Positions 55,283 to 64,000 of a stretch of 64,000 nt of DNA are shown one piece after another. The stretch is from the NCBI RefSeq assembly GCF_006345805.1, contig NW_021833079.1:1-64000 (forward strand), written 5' to 3'. The translations under genes were made by a program, and so were the position numbers. Every line of letters starts with the position of its first letter. The stretch's first letter is position 1. Origin of the DNA: Octopus sinensis (taxonomy: Eukaryota). Below the pieces are notes generated by a model, which saw nothing but the letters and a program-made list of their open reading frames with translations, did no database searches and was not told the DNA's origin.

Positions 55283-58200
55283 CTAAGTTTCTTTCTTTTT
55301 GATGTTGTGGACACACTTATTTGGTGATAAATCTTTTTTATTTTTTTTCCAGTACAAGAGTCTTTTCCCAAGGTTCAACTTTGTTTTTATAAGAAACAAG
55401 CATGCTCTCAAGGGTTTTTTTATAGTAAGTAATTGAATGTATGCATGTATTCTCTTACTGATATTAAGCAAACGTGCATATTGTAGAAATTTTTGGATTG
55501 AGTCCATCCCATTTTAGCACAATTGACGGAGCCGACCCCGAGTGAGTGGCAGGCACCGAAAGCGAAGAACCTGAGGAAGAAGGCAATGCCGACACTTCCA
55601 TCTCCACTTGATGCGTCGGATATCTTGCCAACTCCAGCCGAGCCAATACAGAAAAAGCCCCCTTTACGAAAACGGGCGGCGCTCAGGCACGAGGGCAGCC
55701 GCGTTCCAAATCAAGTGTGAGCGTGATAACGCTTATCAATGCCCGGTCTCTCATGAGACGGGCAACGGAGCTGAGGTCCCTTCTGACCTTGGCAAAGACA
55801 GATGTCCTAATTGTGAACGAAACCAAAATGAAAGGGCCTCGGCAGATCAAATTTGAAGGCTATAGATCCCTCCACATTCCATGGAGGTCGGGGGCGATTG
55901 CGGGAACGGGATCCTCGCTTTACTACAAAGCCGACATTGTTGTAAAGAACTTGAGGATCCTTGAAGAGAACCGATGCGAACTGATCGCACTAGAACTCCT
56001 AACTTCCATTGGATGGATAACAATCGGTGGAATGTACTCGAAGGACCTCAGAACTACCCTGAAGTGATCAGGAAGTTCTTTGAGGATAATGAGATGGCCA
56101 TTCTTGCGGGAGATCTCAACGCCAAAAATACCGCTTATGGATGCGAGACCTCTAACCAAGATGGTCGGGCTTTACTGAGGATCGCAAGGAAATATGACCT
56201 TAATGTCTGGACTTCTGAGGAACTTAATCATTTCTGCTTCAGTGGAGGTGATCGCCTCGGACTATTTCTTTCTTCCGCGTCTGTGAGCCTTTTTGCGACA
56301 GGCCCCGGATAGAAATGCGGACTGGGAGTGACCATCTGCCCCAATCAATGTTGTTGCGGAACATCTACGGAGTTGGTATCAGATCTCTTCACGGGATACG
56401 ACTTGTCCCCTGTGCAATGGCCCATGTTCGCCATATTCATGGGTGCAGCTTTGGAACCTCTCTCCCACATGCATCTGTCCACGAGTGAAAGTATTGATCA
56501 TCTTGATATGGCCATACGAAAGCATGTGGTGGCCTTTCTGGACAGATTCGCTTCTAAAAAACATATGAAATCCCAGGGATCTTGCGCGAAGAGGTCCGAA
56601 ACTAGACTATCTGAGCTAGTCAGAGACAAGGCGCGACTGGAAAGCAAAAGAAGGAGGTGTTTTGAATCGGAGGACTCTGGAAGTCTAAAGGCCCGAATCA
56701 ACACCCTGAAGAGTCGGATCGACGAGCTGACTAAAGCTAACACAGATGAGGCATGGAAGAGAGAATGCTTAAAACTCAACAAGAAAAATCCTAAATTCTG
56801 GAAACTATACAAAATAATGAACGGGACGGAAGCGAAAGGAGAAGAAATCATTCTTAAATCGGTGGATGGAGGCTTTGTTCCTACTGAGGAAGTCCCGGAG
56901 GTCTTCCGCCAGCAGCTAGCAGGGATTCAGGAGGTGGACCCTTCGTCTATCCTGCCTCTGAAAATATTCGAGGAGTCGACCCGAAATTCCCGCTCAAAAC
57001 TTGTTTTGGATGGACCCTTGTGCAGAGAAATAACCACGGAAGAGACGTTCGAAGCAATCAGAGGTTGCAAGAACAACGCTCCTGGATTTGACTTCATCCC
57101 TATGGAGGTATTCAAGAAGGCACCCGGATGCTTGCTTCGTATTCTGGTGAAACTATTCAATGCCAGTTGGGACAATGGTCACGTCCCACCTAGCTGGAAC
57201 GAACAATCGTCCGAATGATCCCAAAACCTGGAAAACCAAATACGCAGGCAGGAAGTTATAGGCCAATTAGCCTTATCTGCACAACGTCGAGGATAATGGA
57301 AAGAATTATTTTCAATCGTTTATCGGCTTACGTGGAACAAAATAATATACTCGCGGAGGAACAGTGGGGTTTTAGACCTGGTCGATCAACCGGTCACTGT
57401 TTCTCGCTTCTTGAGGAAGAACTGACTCGGGCCAAACAACATAAAGCCTGCCTAACGGCGGTCTGCCTGGACGTCTGCAAGGCCTTTGACAGTGTCTGGC
57501 ACTTGGGGTTGTTAGATAAAGTAGCGGAGTTGGGTGCTGGGCGAAAAACTGTCGGATGGCTTAAGGACTTCTTGTGCGAGAGAAAATCGTTCATTCGTTG
57601 TGGAAATTTGCTATCGAAGGCCGTGAATCTGAGGAGAGGTGTTCCTCAGGGATCGGTTCTCAGCCCCTTGCTCTTTAATATATTTCTGGCCGACGTCCCG
57701 AAACCACATTTTCCTACGAGCAGACTAATTATCTACGCAGACGATATCTTGGTTACGGATGTCTCGACGTGGGGACCCCGACACAGAAGAAGGCTGTCCT
57801 GGAGCAGACTAGAACCGTACTTGGAGGAACTTGAAATCTGGTGCAATGGTAAGGCTTGAATCTCGCTCTGGACAAAAGTACCATTTGTTGGATTTCAATG
57901 GGTCGTGACAAAAAACCGACTTTCGAGGATTATGGGAACCTGATTATATCGAAGAACCTACGTTACCTGGAGTAACTATAGACCCCACCGGGTCATACAA
58001 ACCCCATGTGCATGCAAAGCGGAAACAAGGAGCGAAAATCCTAAAAGGACTGAGGCGTTTTTGTCTGAGCGCAGAAACGTTTCTACACATCTACCAGACT
58101 TGTGTTCAGCCACTAATAATCTATGGCTCGGAGGGCTAGTACCAAACTGATGAAAGGGACCTTCTAATCGCCAAACTCGAAAAAACCAGACGATTTGCCA

Positions 58201-58700
58201 TCAAACTGGCATTCGGCCTGGAGCTCAGCAGTCCGCTGGAAGACCTGCATGAGCGGAGTGTTGACACGATTGACGCGATCCTGGCAAAAACTCGAACTCG
58301 CTGAGGGAGATAAGACAGTCTCCTGGGGCAAAACCGAAGTTGAGACCTTCGTGGCTCTCGTTATCAAGCCCCCTAAGCTCTAATTCCTCGGCCACTTTTC
58401 TTTTGGACCTATTGTAATAAATAAACCATATTCATACTATTTTTACTCTTTCATGATAACTTATTCTTGCTCTTTCGATAAAACATCATATTTTTTCATT
58501 TTTTCAATCTCCACTTTCTTTAAATTTTGGGAAGATTTTATCTCAGCTTCAACGGAAAAAATTTGATTTCTTATTTGTATAAAACAAACAAATCGGGTTT
58601 GTTATGTTCCAAGACGAAGTCATTCTTTATAAATATGATTTCAACCTTCTCATTCGTCAATACAGATTCTACCAAATGAGTATTGAGTTTCTTGTCATTC
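55283..58700 (-). mobile_element. Second RLE-element copy, split by the plus-strand LINE (pieces 58420-58700 and 55283-55520)
   Basis: THLVESVLTNEKVEI...HNKPDLFVL...EKMKKYDVL...RVKIV resumes as IVLKWDGL...NISKRIHAYIQ on the far side of the LINE. Confidence 0.6.
55523..58420 (+). mobile_element. APE + RT LINE (Jockey/CR1/I-type), several frameshifts, taataaataaa tail
   Basis: ITLINARSL, VNETK, ILAGDLNAK; PKPGK...SYRPISL, EQWGFRPGRST, LDVCKAFDSVWH, GVPQGSVLSPLLFN, YADD. Confidence 0.9.
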
Positions 58701-59074
58701 CTGAGTAAAAAATCTGGTCCAGTAAATAAAATGAAAAAATTTGGCACTCACCGAAAGTTTTTTATTAATTAAAACTGATTCGTCAAGTGGATTGTGCTTC
58801 AAGTATTTTTCAATAGTGACCAGATGGGTTTTTCCAGCATTTCTTCCTAACGAATCGAGAAGCTTCTGTTGCAAACACTATTTCGGTTTTTTAAGTCCAC
58901 AAGGAATCCAAAAAGCATACTTTCACTTCGAAAGGAAATTGAAGTCAATCCTCTTCTAAAATTGTTAAGGGAGAGGTACAATCTCTGTTTGTTTGCCGGT
59001 CGCATATGTATCTTGTATTTCATTAATTTTCTCCGGATTGTATCGTCAACTATAATTAAAGACAAATTTTTTTG

Positions 59075-59800
59075 CCGTCGATCTTCAGCTGACTTGGAAC
59101 CACTCCTCGACCAACACAGATTGCCCTGTTTCCGTTCTTCCTGTCAGCCATACTCAGACTCCTGGCTTAATGTACTCCCTCCTTCGCCTTTGTATACTGT
59201 TCTCGATAGGGATTCACTCCGTTTGGGTATCTGCAATCGCCTTGAACTCCCTGTCTGCAGACCTCACCCCTGTCGTTGTGGGGATAAAGTTGACGCCTTT
59301 GGGCTACATCCTCTGTCTTGTCGAATGAGTGCCGGCCGATTTCCTCGGCACCCTGAAATTAACAATCTAATTCACAAAGCTCTGGAAAGAGCTGGTTTCC
59401 TTTCAATTCTGCAACCGACAGGTTTCGACCTTGAAGATGCAAAATGTCCCGACGGTCATACGCTTTTCGCTTTTGAATCCGGGAAGCAGCTTGTTTGGGA
59501 CGTTACCTGTGCCGAATCTTTTGCCAAGGAAGCCTTGAATTCCACTGCTTGTAGACCTGGCTCGTCAGCCGACAAGGCCGAATCCAGGAAACTGACTAAA
59601 TACGAGGATTTGTGCGATCTCTTTTGCTTTCGGCAATTGCCGTTGAGACTTCCTGTGTTTTCGGGGCAAAGAAACTTGGCCGTCTGTGCACCCATCGCTT
59701 CAGAGATCCCAGTGAATTTATATTCCTTATTCAGAGGATCTTGCTGGATGTTTTACGCGGGAATTGTCTCTCAATCCCGCGAGCCGGTACTTAATAACTA
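59075..59800 (+). mobile_element. CRE-like retrotransposon 3' fragment with CCHC knuckle and RLE domain
   Basis: CRCG..VDAFGLHPLSC...GRFPRH..IN, PDG.T...WDVT, KLTKYEDL, QRILLDVLRGN. Confidence 0.85.
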
Positions 59801-60533
59801 GCTTATTCCGTTTTTATTTTTTTTTATTTAATGATTTGGTAATTAAAGAATTTTGAGGACTAATTTCAAAAGTTAGATTTCAAATAAAAATACCACTAGT
59901 TTAAAAGAACGTCAATATTTTCCTCCGCCTGTCTACATACGGCTGAGACATTTACTATTCGCTTGTAGAATAATTATTACTCTTTGTACAATATCCCAAT
60001 TTCTTGTCGTGATGAAAAAAACTGAAGTATTGTCATTAGTTATCCTCTTTTATTTCTATTAAAATGGATTGTTTAAATGGTAATTTATTAAGGGGAAAAG
60101 TTAACGTTATCTATTGAGAATAGACACGTTTAGATAATATTAAGAGAGTGGAGAGGAATATAATATTTATCTGGGGATAAAAATAATAAATCTTGATAAT
60201 TTTAAGTGAATTCTGACAATATTTGAAGATTATTTTCTTTAAAGATGTTACGGTTAGTTTATTATTTGATTAGTTCAAGAGTAGTCAAAATTAGTTTTCC
60301 TTAGAATTGTGATAATTTGTACTTAAATACAAGATTTTGATAGACTTTTTCCACGATTCGTGAACTTAAACTAATTTTTAGCAATACATATGTTTATATA
60401 CAATGATCGACTCAATATCCGTGATCAACTTGACTAGAGGGTAATAATTTTACAATTTCTCATAAAAATTAGTAATGAGTTGTATTTTTTAATAAATATA
60501 AGATATAAAACATTATTAAGAAACAAAAAAATA

Positions 60534-61623
60534 TCACTTATATAATAATGCCTCCTTATCCACAAATTCTTTGATAGAATTATCTTTTAAAATCACCTTC
60601 CATATTTCCCCAACAAAATGGTACCTAAAAATAACCCCAAAACTTCTGACCAATTTAACTCTGAAAGATCACTCTTAATTAAATGTGGTCTCTCAATTTC
60701 TGCAAGTTGTCTCCTTAATCTATCAACTCTTTGATCAAATTGGCTCATCCCAGCTAAATAAAACTAAAATTCAATTAATTTGCCTTCAATACGAGGCAAT
60801 AAAACAATATTTGCTCTATCACCACCCAGTGACCCTCGATGCCTGAAATAAGTATTTTTTGAAAAGGAAGTCATCAAAGTCTCCAACTTATTAAAAAACC
60901 GATTATCATATAAAACGTCCTCTTCCAATTTGTTAAATATATGGACTAAATTGATAACCATTGCTATAACTCAAATGAGGTTTATAATCAGCAATTTTTG
61001 ACTGTTCTATCAAGTCATTCGAGAAGATTGGAACAGGTCTAAAAAGTTGCGCAACCTCCATTCGTCTAAAATCCCGAATTATATAAAACCTCAATAAATC
61101 TTGGTCAAAAATGTCACTGTGAACGACCAAAATTACATGACAGACTGTAAGGATAAGCATTAGAAGCCTATAGCTATTGACTTCTACCAGTTCGGGAGTT
61201 GTAATCTTATAGTCTTCCCATTTTCCGTCCTTGTAAATGAGCTCGTCAAGAACTGAAATCGAAAAAAGCGGCTAGGCTATCAAATCTATGGACTACAGGC
61301 GTATCAATAAGCAGAAAGATATCTTCTGTTTTAAGGACCTCCACTCTTGAAGTTTCGTGTCTAGCATTTTCAATATTTGCAAAATTTTGTTGCTGAAAAT
61401 TTTTATTTTTTTCAAGATTCGGAGCAAATTTGGATAGAATAGTCGACTTTCCAACACTTTCGAGTCCTACAGCTCCAATAACGATAAAATTTGTATTTTT
61501 GTCGTCCAAGATCTAGTTTTAGTACTTTATATTAGTCACATTATCTGCTAGAGGGTAGAATGTCATATCGGAGTCTATAAGTTTAAACAAACTGAATTTA
61601 ATGGAGGGACACAATGATCTCAT
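60534..61623 (-). CDS. SMG9: SMG9 NMD factor; 6 introns including a GC-AG intron (60754-60783)
   Basis: FIVIGAVGLESVGKSTILS, RHETSRV, FLLIDTP, LILTVCHVILVV, LSELNWYHFVGEIW. Confidence 0.85.
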
Positions 61624-63629
61624 TTCTACAATGACATCATGTTTTTACCATCAATTAATTTATTTAATGGTTTTTTGAGTATTTTGAGTTTTATCTAGAA
61701 AAATTAATTTTTAAAGTTTATGCAAACATCACCAGGACTAATCATTTATTCCATACTCTTTGTGTAATTTTTAAAAAATACCTTTATTTAATAATTAAAA
61801 GATTTTTAAAATTAATATTAACAGAAAGTCGAAAGACCCGTGGACAAACCGAACTCTCATTGAGAGATTCACGAGATATATAGTAAGAAGTAATGCTGAG
61901 AATCTTTATCGGACAAAAAAACTTTAAAAAATAAAATGAATTTTATTCTTAAAGGAGTCAAATAAAATACAGCTCTTTCTGGAAGCTGAGAGTTGTTTAA
62001 AAGATAAGATAGGTTTATTTTCACAAAAAAGATATCGGACATAAAGTTAAGGGCCAGTAGGAGGCCTTACTCACAAAGTTGTTCACCGCTATTTCCTTCT
62101 CCTCTCTAGAAACTTTCGGAACTGGTTTTCGACAAGGTCATTAATCATAGGAAAAGTTTCCTGAAAGCTTGGTATTTGATCTCGTAGGTCACCTTGAGCG
62201 CTAGTCACTTTGTTTTTTCCAGTAGTTTAATAATTCTTGCCTTAGAAGGGGACAAGATCCACCCTTCTAGCCCATACGTCAGCACAGGAAGAATGGCTAC
62301 TCGGAAAATGAATAGTACCGTCTCAGGAGGTAAGCGAAATTTAATAAGGGATATGATCATTTGTGACTTGAAACAAAACTAAACTTGAAACATTCACATG
62401 TACTTGATCGAAGATGAGAATAGTGAAACAACTAACGTCCATATATCACAAATTACAAAAATTGACTAACGATTTTGCTTGAATTTTTTTCATCTAAATT
62501 TTTTCAAATCTAGTTTTGTGTTTAAGATTTGATTAGGATTTGAGTTAAGGTTATGGGTGGGGAAAGCGCGCATAGGGTTAGTGTTAAAAGTAGGAGAAGC
62601 TTGCATATGAAATCTAGAATTTTTTGAGCTTTTCTAATGTAAAGTTTTTTAATCGATTTTGAACAATTTTAAATCGTTATTTTCCAACGGTTAACAGAGA
62701 TTGGTTTAATCATCTCGAGGAGGAGTCACGGCAGTCGTGAAACGAGCTGGCTTTTTCAGCGGATATCGTTCGCGATATTACGTGGAAATTGCCTGTCCAT
62801 CCGCTCGGCGACTCATCTAAATTAGTTAACTTCTCTATTTTACTTGTTACTTAAAAAAAATCTCTATATTTAAAAAAACGGTTAACATGATATAGATTTC
62901 TCGATAATCAATAAAAAAAACTTTTATGTTACTGGCAGTTAGTTTTTTGATAATTCAACGTGTACCAAAATTATTAAAAATAAGGTTTAAAGTAAAACTT
63001 GGAAAAAATTAGTATGGCAAAATTGCTAAAAAATGAGATTTTGAAAGTCTATTTAACCGCGTGTGAAAGTGTACTATTCGAGGAGAAAACAAGTGGGTCA
63101 TTTGGACCACTCTTTCGTTCGATTTTGTCCACTAAACACTACGTTGCGTAGGAAAAACAGACTTATTTTTTTTATTAACAACTTCTATTTAAAAAAATAT
63201 TAATTTATTTGCAGCCAAAAAGTATTAAAAATCTAAATCCGCTAAATAACATTGTAGGCCTCTAATAGAGATTTGTGATGACTAGTGATAAATAATCGAC
63301 TGAAAAGTAGCCTTTAGTTAGTTTTCTTGTAATTTCTCTAAAAATTTGTTATTGACCGAAAAGTTAGATACAAAATAAACTTCTATTTGAAAATGCAGAC
63401 ATATTGAAATCACCAATGTTCTAATTAGATTTTGCTAAAAGTTTAAATACCCAAAATTCAAATTCATTTTACTTAAAAATGATTTTATCGGTATTAACTC
63501 AGACTTTCGCTACATATGGTACAAGCTTTTTATGTAATTGTCTAAATCTGTAGTTAAAGTCATCTTTGAAGAATATGTTGCCAATACTCTTATATTTTAA
63601 AAGTTAAAATTTGTTGAATATATACTACA

Positions 63630-64000
63630 ATGTTTGTTTACCACATATTGTTATATTTAACATTTTTCTATCAAAATGGTAATTGATAAAATATACTTTT
63701 AGCCTCAGGTAGTGGTTCCAGAATGTTATGTAATAAAATAAAGTGTTATTTTAATCCCTCTAAAAATATGAATAAAAAGCAAGCTATTGAATTTTGCCAA
63801 AAATATAATATGAGCTTGCCACATATAAGAACCATTGAAGAAAATAGTTTTCTTCACAGTAAATATATTTTTGTTAGTTTAAGATTCGTTTGTGGTAAAA
63901 TACAACATTGACATGTGGATCGATTCAAAATCAAATGTTCATTTCTTCTTTATTTAAAATAGATGGAATATTCTAATTGGAAAGATGTTAGAGACAAAGA
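63630..64000 (+). CDS. Secreted C-type lectin domain protein, truncated by the window end
   Basis: Signal-like MFVYHILLYLTFF, then KCYF...AIEFCQKYNMSLPHIRTIEENSF...MWID...YSNW; three microintrons. Confidence 0.75.

Overview
AT-rich, gene-dense eukaryotic nuclear DNA read in the standard genetic code. The gene set (MRPS30, LIN54, LACTB, PKN, SMG9, COX10, two ciliary genes, a C-type lectin) points to an animal. I reconstructed about 15 host genes by hand. Nearly all are split by very short spliceosomal introns (roughly 90, mostly 22-34 nt), which is why the ORF track fragments or misses them. Intron size and gene content resemble a dicyemid-type reduced parasite genome; this is an inference, not an identification. 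Between gene clusters lie many mobile elements: Tc1, pogo/Tigger, hAT/Buster, Merlin, a TGT...ACA MITE, RTE, Jockey/I-like, CRE-like and R4/Dong-like retroelements, and a ~360-bp tandem array. Main observations: (1) two conserved genes (LACTB, COX10) can only be restored with GT...TG microintrons of modal length; (2) a Merlin DNA transposon carries three host-type microintrons in its transposase, with a different intron set in a second Merlin family; (3) donor sites are largely reduced to GT or G|GCA; (4) a three-element nest with intact TIRs and target-site duplications. All splice models are manual and unverified by RNA data; TE boundaries without TIRs are approximate.
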